Translations under genes and position numbers: made by a program | Notes under the pieces: model-generated | What the model was told of the DNA's origin: nothing | Database searches by the model: none | Seen by the model: the letters and a program-made list of their open reading frames with translations, nothing else | Assembly (NCBI GenBank): GCA_003484955.1 | Contig: DMZH01000001.1 | Location: 87,848 to 151,847 of the forward strand | DNA from: Candidatus Woesebacteria bacterium | Lineage (GTDB): Bacteria > Patescibacteriota > Microgenomatia > UBA8517 | DNA: 64,000 nt | Direction of reading: 5' to 3' | In this document: positions 8,486 through 20,043 of the stretch, piece by piece | Layout of the letters: the number at the start of each line of letters is the position of its first letter | How positions within the stretch are numbered: position 1 is the stretch's first letter

Positions 8486-10654
8486 TTACCCCCTGGGCAT
8501 TTCTACCTTACCAGACTTTGCAATAATCGCATCACTAATATTCTTTGGAACTTCTTCATAATGGGAAGGCTCCATATAATAACTGGCCCGTCCCTGAGTT
8601 AAGGATCTCAGTTTTGTTGCATAACCTGAAAGTTCAGCCAAAGGAACCATCGCATTGATCACAGTCATCATTCCTTTCTTTTCCGTTCCCCCAACTTGAG
8701 CACGCTTACTGGAAAGGTCTCCAATAACGTCTCCCATAAACTCATCCGGAGTTGAAACTTCAACTTTCATAATGGGTTCCAAAAGAATTGGACTGCTGTT
8801 TTTAAAGGCATCTTCAAGGGCCATTGAGCCGGCAATTTTAAATGCTATTTCGGAAGAGTCAACTTCATGATAGCTTCCGTCATAAACCACCGCTCTCATA
8901 TCAACCATTGGGAAACCTGCCATAACTCCGTTTTCCATTTTTTCTTTAATACCTTTTTCAATCGGGGCAATATACTCATTGGGGATTGCACCACCCTTAA
9001 TTTCGCTTTTATATTCAAATCCTTCACCACGTCCCATTGGTTCAAGCCTAATAAGAGCGTGTCCATACTGTCCGCGGCCTCCTGTTTGCCTGATATACTT
9101 TCCTTCTCCGGTTCCGATCTTTTTAATTGTTTCTTTATAAGCAACCTGGGGGGCACCAGTTGTTGCAATAACATTAAACTCTCTCTTCATCCTATCAACC
9201 AAAACTTCAAGCTGAAGCTCTCCCATTCCGGCAATGATAGTTTGTCCGGTTTCGGGATTGCTTTTGATTCTAAACGTCGGATCCTCATCTGAAAGTTTGG
9301 AAAGTGCCAAACCCATTTTTTCCTGATCGGATTTGGTAGCAGGTTCTATTGCAAGAGAAATAACAGGCTCGGGAAAATTAATAGATTCCAAAACGATGGG
9401 ATGGGAAGGATCACAAATGGTATTACCTGTCGTTGTATCCTTAATACCTACCACAGCTACTATTTCTCCTGCATAGGCAGTCTCGATAAGTTCTCTTTGA
9501 TCGGCGTGAAGAAGAACCAATTTCCCGATTCTCTCCGGTTTTTGCTCCGAAGAATTATAGACTTGCTGTCCCGATGAAAGAGTTCCCGAATAAATTCTGA
9601 CATAAACAAGGCGTCCTACGTGTGGATCGGTCATTACTTTGAACGCAAGGCCGGAAAATGGAGCCTCATTTTTTCTCTCACGGGCTGCTTTTTCACCGGT
9701 TTTGGGATCAATTCCTTCAACGGGTGGAAGGTCAAGTGGAGAAGGCAAAAACTCAACTATTCCGTTAAGAAGAAGTTGACTTTCGGCAGTTCTATTGTCC
9801 CCTCCGAAAACAGGAAAAAACTTCCCGCTGATAACTCCTTTTCTGATTGCTCTTTTGAGAGTTATTTCATCAATTTCTTTGCCTTCCAAGAAAAGGCTAA
9901 GCGCTTCGTCATCAAACTCAGCCGCACTTTCCAAAAGTTCATTTCTATATTTCTTGGCGCTCTCCAGAAGATCCGCTGGAATCTCTTCTTCGCTAAGATC
10001 ATGATCGGTAACATCTTTATAGGTAAAGGCTTTCATCTTAATAAGATCAATGATCCCTCTGTGCTCGTGCTCCAAACCAATAGGGATAATTATCGGAGCC
10101 GCGTTTGCTCCCAGTCTTTCACGGATTGATTTGAGTGATTCATCAAAGTTTGCTCCAATCAGGTTTAATTTATTTAAAACGCAAATTCTTGGAACGTGAT
10201 ATTTGTCGGCTTGTCGCCAAACAGTTTCTGATTGGGATTCAACTCCGGTTCTACCGTCAAAGACCATTAAGGCTCCGTCCAAAACTCTGAGTGACCTTTC
10301 TACTTCGGCAGTAAAATCAATGTGGCCGGGGGTGTCAATAATATTAATTCTGTAGTGTCCCGCTTCAACCGAAGTATTATCCTTTATATCCCAAAATGCA
10401 GTGATTGCAGCAGAAACAATTGTGATTCCGCGCTCACGCTCTTGAGCCATCCAATCGGTAACCGTAGTTCCCTCATCAACAGACCCTAATTTGTAAGTTC
10501 TCCCGGTTTCAAAAAGAAGTCTTTCGGTGGTGGTAGTCTTTCCAGCATCAATATGGGCAATAATTCCGATATTTCTGATTTTCTCATAGGAAACATTACG
10601 GTCTTTTGTTGCCGTAACTACTATTGCTGCCTTTTTCTTTGCTACTTCTGCCAT
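8486..10654 (-). CDS. fusA: Elongation factor G
   Basis: IGIIAHIDAGKTTTTERLLF and DTPGHIDF motifs. 722 aa. str operon position. Confidence 0.97.
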   Translation of the reverse strand: MAEVAKKKAAIVVTATKDRNVSYEKIRNIGIIAHIDAGKTTTTERLLFETGRTYKLGSVDEGTTVTDWMAQERERGITIVSAAITAFWDIKDNTSVEAGHYRINIIDTPGHIDFTAEVERSLRVLDGALMVFDGRTGVESQSETVWRQADKYHVPRICVLNKLNLIGANFDESLKSIRERLGANAAPIIIPIGLEHEHRGIIDLIKMKAFTYKDVTDHDLSEEEIPADLLESAKKYRNELLESAAEFDDEALSLFLEGKEIDEITLKRAIRKGVISGKFFPVFGGDNRTAESQLLLNGIVEFLPSPLDLPPVEGIDPKTGEKAARERKNEAPFSGLAFKVMTDPHVGRLVYVRIYSGTLSSGQQVYNSSEQKPERIGKLVLLHADQRELIETAYAGEIVAVVGIKDTTTGNTICDPSHPIVLESINFPEPVISLAIEPATKSDQEKMGLALSKLSDEDPTFRIKSNPETGQTIIAGMGELQLEVLVDRMKREFNVIATTGAPQVAYKETIKKIGTGEGKYIRQTGGRGQYGHALIRLEPMGRGEGFEYKSEIKGGAIPNEYIAPIEKGIKEKMENGVMAGFPMVDMRAVVYDGSYHEVDSSEIAFKIAGSMALEDAFKNSSPILLEPIMKVEVSTPDEFMGDVIGDLSSKRAQVGGTEKKGMMTVINAMVPLAELSGYATKLRSLTQGRASYYMEPSHYEEVPKNISDAIIAKSGKVEMPRG

Positions 10655-10706
10655 AGTTAGATAGTTTATTAGCTAAGTGGTTATTTGGAAAGAAGAACTT
10701 TTTAAC

Positions 10707-11186
10707 CTACCAGCGAAAATGAGCAAAAGCCTTATTGCTTTCTGCAACTCTTTCCATGTCTGTTCTCTTCTTAACTGCCGCACCTTCCCCTTTAGCGGCA
10801 TCCATTATTTCCGTTGAAAGTTTGGCGCTATAGGTGTGGAATTCTGAATTTGATTTTGAGTTGGCAGCCATTACTAACCATCTGATTGCCAATGACTCAC
10901 GCCTTATTCCACGAACCGGTTGGGGAACTTGATATGCAGCTCCTCCAATTCTCCTTGGCCTAACTTCCATTGTGGGTTTAATATTCTCAATTGCCTGGTT
11001 GAAAACTTTTAATGGATCTTCTCCAGTTTTCTCTTTGATAATATCAAAGGCTTCGTAAATTTCATGTCTGGCAACAGATTTTTTACCGTCATACATACTC
11101 CTATTGATAAGTTTCGTCACAAGCCTGCTTCCATAAAATGGATCCGGCTGAATTACTTTTGGTTTAATTGCTCCTTTTCTTGCCAT
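10707..11186 (-). CDS. rpsG: 30S ribosomal protein S7
   Basis: [28 protein letters not shown] is S7. Confidence 0.95.
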   Translation of the reverse strand: MARKGAIKPKVIQPDPFYGSRLVTKLINRSMYDGKKSVARHEIYEAFDIIKEKTGEDPLKVFNQAIENIKPTMEVRPRRIGGAAYQVPQPVRGIRRESLAIRWLVMAANSKSNSEFHTYSAKLSTEIMDAAKGEGAAVKKRTDMERVAESNKAFAHFRW

Positions 11187-11608
11187 TATTTAGCTCCTCC
11201 CTGTCCTTTTTTGGTTCCATACCTGCTTCTTCCGCTTTGTCTTCCGGAGACTCCGGTTGTATCATACCTGCCTCTAACGACATGGTATTTCACACCAGGA
11301 AGGTCTTTTACACGTCCGCCGCGAACCAGAACAATTGAATGCTCGGCAAGTTCGTGTCCCTCACCGGGAATATAAGCCGTAATTTCCTGCTTGTTTGAAA
11401 GCCTTACCCTTGCGACCTTACGTAGTGCAGAGTTGGGTTTTTTGGGTGTCATTGTACGAACCGCCAAAACAACACCTCTTTTGAAAGCCGAATGACTGTC
11501 GGAAAATTTTCTATTTTTTGCATTAAACCACCTCTTTAAAGCCGTTGTTTTGGTCTTTCTAGCAATTCTCTTTCTACCGATTCTGACTAATTGATTAATT
11601 GTTGGCAT
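11186..11608 (-). CDS. rpsL: 30S ribosomal protein S12
   Basis: [14 protein letters not shown]...[10 protein letters not shown] is S12. Confidence 0.95.
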   Translation of the reverse strand: MPTINQLVRIGRKRIARKTKTTALKRWFNAKNRKFSDSHSAFKRGVVLAVRTMTPKKPNSALRKVARVRLSNKQEITAYIPGEGHELAEHSIVLVRGGRVKDLPGVKYHVVRGRYDTTGVSGRQSGRSRYGTKKGQGGAK

Positions 11609-11609
11609 T

Positions 11610-14600
11610 TTATCCTTGTGACATTTGCGCCCTTTCCGGAGTAACCGGAATAAGCCTACCTATAATAACATTCTCTTTCAGTCCTACAAGATTGTCCTCA
11701 CGTCCCAAAAGAGATGCCTCGGTAAGAACGTCGGTTGTCTGTTCAAATGAGGCTGCAGAAAGCCAGCTATCAGTATAAAGTGCACGTCTCGTGATACCCA
11801 AAATAACTTGCTGTGCACTTGATGGTTCTCCACCGGCTGCCAAAACTTTTTCATTTTCCCCATCAAAGCTGGCTCGAGACGTAAGTTCACCCGGCAAGAA
11901 AGGTGTATCCCCCGTTGTAACAATTCTAACCTCGTCGCTCATTTTTCTAACTATTACCTCAACATGTTTGTCGTTAATTGGAATTCCCTGGGATTCGTAA
12001 ACCTTTTGAATTTCATTAACAATATATTCCTGTGCAGCTCTAAGACCTTTAATTGAAAGTATATCCTTAACATCCAGCGCTCCTTTAGCTAAAGCTGATC
12101 CTGCTTCGACTATCTCTCCGTCCTCAATGGCAAGTTCCAATGTCTTAGGAATAATGTATTCCTTTTCTTCCTTGGGAGTTCCCTTAGAAGTTATTGTAAC
12201 TTTCCAACCTTCATCAGTTTCTGAAATGCGGGCTTTACCCGTGATCTCGGATAGAGCTGAAACAACTTTAGGAAGTCTTGCCTCAACTAGCTCTTCAACA
12301 CGGGGAAGACCCTGTGTAACGTCTATTGCGCCGACAACTCCGGCTGCGTGTTTCGTTTTAAGGGTAAGTTGAGTTCCGGGTTCTCCTATTGACTGGGCGG
12401 CAACCACCCCAACCGGAGTTCCAACCTCAACCATACTCTTACTTCCAAGGTCCCATCCATAACATTTAACACAGATTCCATGTCTGGCCTGACATGTCAA
12501 AGGAGACCTGACAAAAACTGAATTTACTCCGGATTCATCTATTTTCTTGGAGGCAGCCTCGTCAATGATTTCCCCTGCCGGTACAATCACGGTTTTACCA
12601 TCTTTTGCGACAACATCCTTAGCGGCAAATCTGCCGAAAAGCCTAGTTGCAAAAACTTGAGATCTAATCCCTTTCTTGATTTCATAGCCGTCTTTTGTTC
12701 CACAATCATCAAGTCTGACAATAAGATCATGGGCAACATCAACAAGCCTTCTTGTCAAATAACCAGCGTCTGCGGTCTTAATAGCTGAGTCGGTTAATCC
12801 TTTTCTGGATCCGCGGGATGAAGTTACGTATTCAAACACGGAAAGACCTTCCTTAAAATTGCTCTTAATGGGTAATTCGACAATCTTACCCATAGGATCA
12901 ACAACGAGTCCGCGGATTGCTGAAAGTTGCTTGACCTGATCCCTGCTGGCACGTCCAACCTTAGCATCAATTACGACACGGATCGGGTTTGTGGGCTCCA
13001 TTTCATTCCAAGTCTTATCGGCCAAATCTTCCGAAACATCAATCCAAACTTCCTGGGTTAGACGTCTCTTTTCCTCAGTTGTGATAAGACCTTGATTAAA
13101 GTTTTCCTCAATTTCGGATACTTTTTTATCAGCTTCTTCCAAAACTTCAGCCTTTTTGGGATAAACTTTTGCATCAAATATTCCAAATGAAATTCCGGAA
13201 ATTGTCCCTCCAAAGAAGCCCAAATCTTTAACATCGTCCACCAGTTGGGTCACCCTTTCCCTGGACACGGTCGAGTAGGCTTTGACAAATAAAGATTTAA
13301 TAACAGATGACGTGACGGACTCATTAATAAAGTCAAAATTCTCCGGCAAAACTTCATTAAAAAGAAGCCTACCGACAGTTGTTTCAACGATCTCTTTACC
13401 AAGTCTGATCTGAATTTTCTGTCTTATTCCTACTTTTCCTGTCTGTTGGACAAAAACTGCTTCATCTTTGTCGGCAAAAATTGTCGGATAGGCCTCAAGT
13501 CTTGTATCAATTGATGTAAGATAAAACGCTCCGAGGGCAATTTCCTTGCTGGAAGGGGTTGCTGCGGGTCCGCCGTCACTAGGTTTAAGCAAATTATTAG
13601 TCGGGAGCATTAATGTTCTTGCCTCTTCAACAGCTTTCTCTGACAAAGGAACGTGTACCGCCATTTGATCTCCGTCAAAGTCTGCGTTAAACCCTGAACA
13701 AACCGCAGGATGAAGCCTGATAGCGCTTCCTTCAATAAGAACCGGGTAAAATGACTGAATTGATAGTTTATGAAGCGTAGGTGCACGATTCAAAAGAACG
13801 GGATGATCTTTTGTAATTTCTTCCAAAATGTCGAAAACCTCCGGCGGACGCCTATCAAGCATATTTTTTGCACTTTTAACATTGGGTGCAATTCCTCTTG
13901 CAATCATTTCTCTTAAGACAAATGGTTTAAACATTTCAAGAGCCATGTCTTTAGGAAGACCGCACTGTGTAAGTTTAAGCTCAGGCCCGACAATGATGAC
14001 TGAACGTCCCGAATAATCAACACGCTTACCTAAAAGGTTTTGTCTAAACCTACCCTGTTTTCCACGAAGCATGTCTGAAAGAGATCTTAGGGGTTGCCTC
14101 CCACGGCTTTTTCTTGTTGCTTTCCTTTGGCTCGCGTCAATTAAGGAATCAACCGCTTCCTGAAGCATTCTTTTTTCATTTCTGAGAATTATTTCAGGAG
14201 CTCCCAACCCGATAAGATGTTTTAGACGGTTATTTCTATTGATAACTCTTCGGTAAAGATCATTAAGATCGCTTGTCGCAAAGCGTCCACCGGAAAGTTG
14301 TACCATGGGGCGCAAATCCGGAGGGAGAACCGGCAAAACTTTCATCACCATCCAAGACGGGTTAACCTTGGCGCGTCTCAGGCCGTCAACAAGCTTTAGC
14401 CTTTTGACAATTTTAATATATTTTGAGCTTCCGCCCTTGGTTGATCCGATTTCTTCACGAAGTGATTTTGAAACTTCCTCCAGGTTTACCTTACCAATTG
14501 CCTCAAGCACTGCGTCGGCCCCCATTTTGGCCGTAAAGAAGTCCGTTGCCGAGTGCTCATAAAGTTCATCAAATTCCTCTTCACTCAAAATACTCAACGG

Positions 14601-15332
14601 ACGGAGTCCTTTGATTATAATATTAAGATTGTCAAAAAGTTCACCCGTTCTTCCAATTGTATTTCTCTCTTCCTCATTTACCGCGGCTTCCTTTTTCCTT
14701 AAATTAAGCTCAATTTCAGCCGTAGCCAGAGAGGCTTGTTCTTTATCTTTAATTTTTGTGGTAATTTTTTCTTTAGCTTCGTTTTCCTCAACTTTTAAGG
14801 CATCCCGCCTGGATTTAAAGTTTTCCGCAATGCTTGTCAGATTTTCTTCTTTGGCTTCCTGAATATTTTTAAGTGCAACTTTTCTACTTTCCTCATCAAC
14901 TTCGGTAACAAGATATCTGGCAAAGTAAATTACCTGTTCAATACCACGGGGTGCTACTCCCAAAAGAAGAGAGATTTTTGAAGGCGCACCTTTGAAAAAC
15001 CAAACATGGGCAACAGGAGTTGCCAAGGTGATATGACCCATTCTCTCACGCCTGACTCTGCTTTCCGTAACTTCAACTCCGCATTTGTCACAAATTACAC
15101 CTTTGTACCTGATCCTCTTGTATTTACCACAGTAACACTCCCAGTCTTTTGTAGGACCAAAAATTCTCTCATCAAAAAGTCCATCTTTTTCGGGCTTTAG
15201 AGTTCTATAATTGATAGTCTCAGGCTTGGTTATTTCACCACGGGACCATGCACGGATTTCCTCCGGAGAGGCAAGCCTGATAAGTAGACTCTTAAAATCT
15301 GTTAAATTTTTTAAATCAGCTAGTTGTTCCAT
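11610..15332 (-). CDS. rpoC: DNA-directed RNA polymerase beta' subunit
   Basis: Zn-binding [37 protein letters not shown] catalytic motif. 1240 aa. Confidence 0.97.
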   Translation of the reverse strand: MEQLADLKNLTDFKSLLIRLASPEEIRAWSRGEITKPETINYRTLKPEKDGLFDERIFGPTKDWECYCGKYKRIRYKGVICDKCGVEVTESRVRRERMGHITLATPVAHVWFFKGAPSKISLLLGVAPRGIEQVIYFARYLVTEVDEESRKVALKNIQEAKEENLTSIAENFKSRRDALKVEENEAKEKITTKIKDKEQASLATAEIELNLRKKEAAVNEEERNTIGRTGELFDNLNIIIKGLRPLSILSEEEFDELYEHSATDFFTAKMGADAVLEAIGKVNLEEVSKSLREEIGSTKGGSSKYIKIVKRLKLVDGLRRAKVNPSWMVMKVLPVLPPDLRPMVQLSGGRFATSDLNDLYRRVINRNNRLKHLIGLGAPEIILRNEKRMLQEAVDSLIDASQRKATRKSRGRQPLRSLSDMLRGKQGRFRQNLLGKRVDYSGRSVIIVGPELKLTQCGLPKDMALEMFKPFVLREMIARGIAPNVKSAKNMLDRRPPEVFDILEEITKDHPVLLNRAPTLHKLSIQSFYPVLIEGSAIRLHPAVCSGFNADFDGDQMAVHVPLSEKAVEEARTLMLPTNNLLKPSDGGPAATPSSKEIALGAFYLTSIDTRLEAYPTIFADKDEAVFVQQTGKVGIRQKIQIRLGKEIVETTVGRLLFNEVLPENFDFINESVTSSVIKSLFVKAYSTVSRERVTQLVDDVKDLGFFGGTISGISFGIFDAKVYPKKAEVLEEADKKVSEIEENFNQGLITTEEKRRLTQEVWIDVSEDLADKTWNEMEPTNPIRVVIDAKVGRASRDQVKQLSAIRGLVVDPMGKIVELPIKSNFKEGLSVFEYVTSSRGSRKGLTDSAIKTADAGYLTRRLVDVAHDLIVRLDDCGTKDGYEIKKGIRSQVFATRLFGRFAAKDVVAKDGKTVIVPAGEIIDEAASKKIDESGVNSVFVRSPLTCQARHGICVKCYGWDLGSKSMVEVGTPVGVVAAQSIGEPGTQLTLKTKHAAGVVGAIDVTQGLPRVEELVEARLPKVVSALSEITGKARISETDEGWKVTITSKGTPKEEKEYIIPKTLELAIEDGEIVEAGSALAKGALDVKDILSIKGLRAAQEYIVNEIQKVYESQGIPINDKHVEVIVRKMSDEVRIVTTGDTPFLPGELTSRASFDGENEKVLAAGGEPSSAQQVILGITRRALYTDSWLSAASFEQTTDVLTEASLLGREDNLVGLKENVIIGRLIPVTPERAQMSQG

Positions 15333-15344
15333 AATCTTGGTATT

Positions 15345-18300
15345 TTAAATCACAACCTCCTCAACTTCCATGGGGCTTTTATCTTCGATCAGCTCTTTCG
15401 TTGCAACAACTTCGGCACCTGCCGCCCTGGCCAGTTCCTCACCTTCAGCAACTTCTTCAATAACTTCTTTAGCAACAACCGCACCTTTAGGATCAATCGC
15501 AAGACCCAAGGAATTAAGCTCGCGGACAAGTACTTTAAAACTTTCAGGAATTGTTGACTCCGGAATCTGAGTTCCTTTAACAATAGCCTCAAACGCTTTA
15601 GCACGTCCCAAAACATCGTCTGATTTGATAGTGAGCATTTCCTGTAAAGTGTGACTTGCTCTGTGAGCTTCAAGTGCCCAAACCTCCATCTCTCCCAAAC
15701 GCTGACCTCCCATTTGAGCTTTTCCTCCAAGAGGCTGTTGGGTAACAAGGGAATATGGACCGGTCGAACGGGCGTGGGTTTTGTCCTCAACCATGTGGAT
15801 AAGCTTCATTATGTATGAAACTCCGACAACAGTTTCTTCTTGAAAAGCCTCACCGGTGCGGCCATCATAAAGTCTTGCCTTCCCGTTAACCGGAAGGCCT
15901 GCTTTCTTTAATTCTTCTGCTATAACATCCGCGCCAATTTTATCAAAAACTGGAAGAGCTCCTTTAATCCCCTCGGATTTCAAAGCCCAGCCAAGATGCG
16001 CCTCCATAAGCTGTCCCAAATTCATACGCGAAATGACGGAAAGGGGTGAAATAAGAATATCAACAGGTGTTCCATCGGCAAGATACGGCATATCTGCAAC
16101 AGGCATAATCTTGCTTACCACACCTTTATTGCCGTGACGTCCAGCAACTTTATCTCCGACGGTAATTTTTCTTATCTGGGCAACCCTGACCATTACTTTC
16201 TTTATTACTCCTGGTCCCAGCTCATCGCCCTTATCGCGGTCAAGAATTTGAACATCAACTACTGTTCCACGCTCTCCGTGAGGAACTCTTAAGGATGTGT
16301 CTCTTACTTCACGGGCTTTTTCACCAAAAATTGCTCTAAGAAGTCTTTCTTCCGAGGTCAGCTCCGTCTCACCTTTAGGGGCAATTTTCCCAACCAAAAT
16401 ATCGTTTGGTCCGACTTCAGCACCAATCATTACTATTCCATCCGAAGCCAAGTTTGCAAGTTCTGCCTCAGAAACGTTAGGTATATCGTTTGTAATCTCT
16501 TCCGGTCCAAGCTTAGTGTCTACCACCTCAGCCTCATATTCCTCAATATGGATTGATGTTAAGAGGTCGTCTTTCACAAGCCTGTCGGAAATAAGAATCG
16601 CGTCCTCAAACCCGTATCCTCCAAGGCTTGTGTATGCAATTGTAAGATTTCTCCCGAGTCCCAACTCGCCATCCTCACTGGCAGGGCCATCAACCAAGAG
16701 ATCTCCCTCGGAAATTTTTTGTCCGGGTTCAACTCTCGTTATCTGATTGTAACAAGTTGAATGTGCCGTGCGCTTAAATTTAGTTAAATAATAAACTTCA
16801 CGGCTTCCGCTCTCTATAATTTCAACATCATCCGTATCGGGTTCCTGATTGCTGATCTTCTTGTCGAGTTTAACAATAACTTTTTCTCCATCCGCAAATT
16901 CAACGGTTCCCGAGTGCTTTGCCCTTATCACTCTTTGCATTCCGGCAGAAATCTCACCCTCCATTCCGGTTCCGACAATAGGAGATTCCGGATTAACAAG
17001 AGGCACAGCCTGACATTGCATGTTGCTTCCCATTAGAGCTCTATTACCCTCATCATTGGCCAAAAACGGAATAAGAGAAGCCGACGCGCCAACCACCTGC
17101 CTTGGAGTAACATCAATATATTCGACCAAGCTTGCCGCACCTTCGATAAATTTACCTTTGTATCTAAGGGGAACTCTTTTGTCAGTGATGTAGCCATCTT
17201 TATCAACATTTACTCCGGAGTGAGTAACATAGTGATCTTCTTCATCGTCGGCAGTTAAGTACTCTATTTCATCCGTAACTCTTGCTTTTTTGCCGACTTT
17301 TTCAACTTTTTTGTATAGAGTTTCTATAAAACCAAATTCGTCAACCTTAGCATAAAGCGCCAGATAGGTAACCAGTCCGATGTTTGGTCCTTCGGGGGAC
17401 CTGATAGGATCAATTCTTCCGTATTGTGATGCATTAACGTCACGAATCGAAAAGCTTGCTCTTTCTCTGTTGATTCCGCCCGTTCCCAAAACAGAGACAC
17501 GGCGAAGATTGTCTACCTCACTAAGAGGATTTGTGTCGTCTAAAATTGTTGATAATTGATTGCTCCTGAAAAATTCATTCAAAGATGCAATTAAAGGTCT
17601 TGCGTTTATTAGAGTGGCTGGGAGAGGTTTATCATCCGGTGAAATTAAGCTCATTTTTTCTTTAACGCTTCGCTCGAGCCTCAAAAGTCCAACTCTGAAA
17701 GCGTTCACCGCGACAAGTTCTCCAACACGCCTCAATCTACGGTTGCTAAGATGGTCAATATCATCAAGCTTTCCTACTCCGTTTTGTAAACCAATGAGGT
17801 AGGAAACTGCTGCAATTGCGTCTTGCCTGGTCAGTACCCAAGTAGCCTTCTCATTTGGCATGCTAATGCCTAATTTTTTATTAATCTTAAATCTTCCGAC
17901 TTTACCGAGATCGTAGCGTCTGCCGTCAGTAAACAGGCTCGCAAAAAGAGATTCTGCATTTTCAAGAACTGCCGGCTCACCCGGCCTCATTTTCCTGTAA
18001 ATCTCGATTAAGGCCTCTTCTTGTGTCTTGGTCGAATCTTTGGCTAAAGTGGCAGCTATGTATTTATGGTCTTTATCGCGATCTATATCTTTGAAAGCGT
18101 CTATTATCATCTGATCCGACTCAACTCCCAGGGCTCTTAGGAATGTTGTTGCCAGAACTTTTCTACGCCTGTCAATCCTGGCATAAATAAGATCTCCCCT
18201 TGTAGTCTCAAACTCAAGCCAACTTCCGTGAAGTGGACGAATTTCGGCTTTATAGAGAACTCTACCGGATGACGGATCAAGCTCACCCGAAAAATAAGCT

Positions 18301-18713
18301 CCCGGGGAACGCACAATTTGATTAATCACTGCTCTTTCAATTCCGTTGATAATAAATGTCCCTGCGTTGGTCATTTGAGGGATATCGCCCAAAAAAACAT
18401 CCTGTGTAACTTCTTGACCAGTTCTCTTGTTTATCAAAGTCGCACGGATTTTAAGGGGAGATGAAAAGGTAACACCTTTTTTCTGGGCAAATCTGGGGGA
18501 TGTTGTAGGAAGTCCTAAGGAGTGATCACCCAAGAAAAGTTGCCAATTTTTACCTGTAAAATCATCGATTGGGGAAACTGTAGTCAGCTCTTCTTTAATG
18601 CCTTCTCCCAAAAACCACTGCCAACTTTCCTTTTGAACCTGACTTAGATTAATTTTTGGTAGATTTTTTTCTTCTTTACCAAAATTTCGACGGGATGATT
18701 TTTGAGCTGTCAT
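15345..18713 (-). CDS. rpoB: DNA-directed RNA polymerase beta subunit
   Basis: GRHGNKGVVSKI and other beta motifs. 1122 aa. Directly upstream of rpoC. Confidence 0.97.
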   Translation of the reverse strand: MTAQKSSRRNFGKEEKNLPKINLSQVQKESWQWFLGEGIKEELTTVSPIDDFTGKNWQLFLGDHSLGLPTTSPRFAQKKGVTFSSPLKIRATLINKRTGQEVTQDVFLGDIPQMTNAGTFIINGIERAVINQIVRSPGAYFSGELDPSSGRVLYKAEIRPLHGSWLEFETTRGDLIYARIDRRRKVLATTFLRALGVESDQMIIDAFKDIDRDKDHKYIAATLAKDSTKTQEEALIEIYRKMRPGEPAVLENAESLFASLFTDGRRYDLGKVGRFKINKKLGISMPNEKATWVLTRQDAIAAVSYLIGLQNGVGKLDDIDHLSNRRLRRVGELVAVNAFRVGLLRLERSVKEKMSLISPDDKPLPATLINARPLIASLNEFFRSNQLSTILDDTNPLSEVDNLRRVSVLGTGGINRERASFSIRDVNASQYGRIDPIRSPEGPNIGLVTYLALYAKVDEFGFIETLYKKVEKVGKKARVTDEIEYLTADDEEDHYVTHSGVNVDKDGYITDKRVPLRYKGKFIEGAASLVEYIDVTPRQVVGASASLIPFLANDEGNRALMGSNMQCQAVPLVNPESPIVGTGMEGEISAGMQRVIRAKHSGTVEFADGEKVIVKLDKKISNQEPDTDDVEIIESGSREVYYLTKFKRTAHSTCYNQITRVEPGQKISEGDLLVDGPASEDGELGLGRNLTIAYTSLGGYGFEDAILISDRLVKDDLLTSIHIEEYEAEVVDTKLGPEEITNDIPNVSEAELANLASDGIVMIGAEVGPNDILVGKIAPKGETELTSEERLLRAIFGEKAREVRDTSLRVPHGERGTVVDVQILDRDKGDELGPGVIKKVMVRVAQIRKITVGDKVAGRHGNKGVVSKIMPVADMPYLADGTPVDILISPLSVISRMNLGQLMEAHLGWALKSEGIKGALPVFDKIGADVIAEELKKAGLPVNGKARLYDGRTGEAFQEETVVGVSYIMKLIHMVEDKTHARSTGPYSLVTQQPLGGKAQMGGQRLGEMEVWALEAHRASHTLQEMLTIKSDDVLGRAKAFEAIVKGTQIPESTIPESFKVLVRELNSLGLAIDPKGAVVAKEVIEEVAEGEELARAAGAEVVATKELIEDKSPMEVEEVVI

Positions 18714-18796
18714 TATTCCTTGGTAATCATTAAAACACTAAAGACCCGCAATACTGAAGCGGGACGAGCGTACCATTCATGTACGCCTAAGATGGG

Positions 18797-18824
18797 ATTA
18801 TATAGTGAATATATATGTTGTCAA
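18797..18824 (-). promoter_or_regulatory. Consensus sigma70 promoter TTGACA-16-TATAAT upstream of rpoB (minus strand), followed by ~77-nt leader with two hairpins
   Basis: -35 at 18824..18819. -10 at 18802..18797. Leader hairpins are CCCGC/GCGGG and GCGUAC/GUACGC. Confidence 0.45.
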
Positions 18825-18838
18825 CACCCAGTTTGTAA

Positions 18839-19789
18839 TTATTTGCCTAAATATTTAGCAATATTGGCATTGTGTTCCTCAAGTGTTTTGGCATAGTGAA
18901 TTAGTCCCTTCTCATCGTGAATATAGTACCAATAATCACTCTCCCTCGGATTAAGGGCAGCTTTTATAGAAGAAAGTCCCGGGCTGGCAATTGGTGTCGG
19001 CGGAAGTCCCTGATTTTTATAGGTATTATATGGTGATTTTATCGATAAATTGTCGAGTGTAAGAATGGGCCACCAGTCCTTAGAAGTGCCTACTGCATAT
19101 TGTACCGCGGCATCAATTTGAAGAGGCCAGCCGGAATTTAATCTTTTAATGAGAATTCCCGCAACAGTCGGGCGTTCCTCATCGGTTTTTGTTTCCCGCT
19201 CAAGAAGAGATGCTAAAACAATCGCCTGGTCAAATGTGAGTTCTGAACTGTTTTTCAGGTTTTGGGTTTTTGAGACAAAAGTGTCTGTAAGTTTTTCTGT
19301 AACAGCAACCGCCGTAACGTCCCTTGGAAAAAGGTAAGTGTCAGGAAAAAGATATCCTTCTTCCCCCTTTGACACTTGCAAAAAATCTGTAATAAAAGAG
19401 TCGTCTTTATTCAAGGTTGCCGCAAATTTTTGAGCAATCTCCTCACGCCTTAAGCCTTCCGGAATTGTTACCCAAAGCTCAACCGGACCTTTAAAAAGGG
19501 TATCAGCCATCTGGAAAAGAGAATATGAAGGAGTTAGTCTGAACTCCCCTGTTTGAAGTTTTCCGGATTGTCCCGTAAATTGCATGTAAAGCTTAAAAGC
19601 CAAAGCGCTTTTTATGAACCCCGCGGATTCAAGTTTATTCCCGATTTGTGAAGCTGACGACCCTTTGGCAATAATAAAATAACTGAATTTTTCCGTGGCG
19701 GAGGGGGCTCCTGAATTTTTATAAAACCAAAAAAATCCTGCGGCTACAATAACAATCAGAAAAAGCGGTAAAAGTAGCAACTTTTTCAT
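18839..19789 (-). CDS. mltG: Endolytic murein transglycosylase MltG (YceG-like)
   Basis: N-terminal TM, then YceG-like core (…FRLTPSYSLFQMADTLF…). Conserved neighbourhood with ruvX and alaS. Confidence 0.8.
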   Translation of the reverse strand: MKKLLLLPLFLIVIVAAGFFWFYKNSGAPSATEKFSYFIIAKGSSASQIGNKLESAGFIKSALAFKLYMQFTGQSGKLQTGEFRLTPSYSLFQMADTLFKGPVELWVTIPEGLRREEIAQKFAATLNKDDSFITDFLQVSKGEEGYLFPDTYLFPRDVTAVAVTEKLTDTFVSKTQNLKNSSELTFDQAIVLASLLERETKTDEERPTVAGILIKRLNSGWPLQIDAAVQYAVGTSKDWWPILTLDNLSIKSPYNTYKNQGLPPTPIASPGLSSIKAALNPRESDYWYYIHDEKGLIHYAKTLEEHNANIAKYLGK

Positions 19790-19801
19790 AAAAAGAGTAA
19801 G

Positions 19802-20041
19802 CTAATCAACTTCTTCAAGAAGTGCTCTTCTATATTTATCAATTTTGAGATCGTGAATAAAAATTCTCCCACACTTGATGCAGGTTACTTGTTCACCATA
19901 CTTCGTCCCTTTTTTCTTCCCCTCAGTAAGGGGAGTTCCACAACCGACACACCTTCCTTGAGAAAGGAGCCAAGCCTGCATCGGAGCAATTATACTTTTA
20001 AACATTCTTACTAAAGTATACCATGAAAATCGACCAGTCAA
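19802..20041 (-). CDS. Small zinc-ribbon protein (CxxC-x17-CxxC), unknown function
   Basis: 79 aa. CVGCGTPLTEG...CIKCGRIF. Confidence 0.4.
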   Translation of the reverse strand: MTGRFSWYTLVRMFKSIIAPMQAWLLSQGRCVGCGTPLTEGKKKGTKYGEQVTCIKCGRIFIHDLKIDKYRRALLEEVD

Positions 20042-20043
20042 GG

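Noticed and set aside
15389-15790. 133-aa minus-strand ORF inside rpoB in another frame
   Set aside because: It sits on the same strand as rpoB in a +1/+2 frame. Its K/L/R-rich sequence is typical of an out-of-frame reading of a conserved gene.
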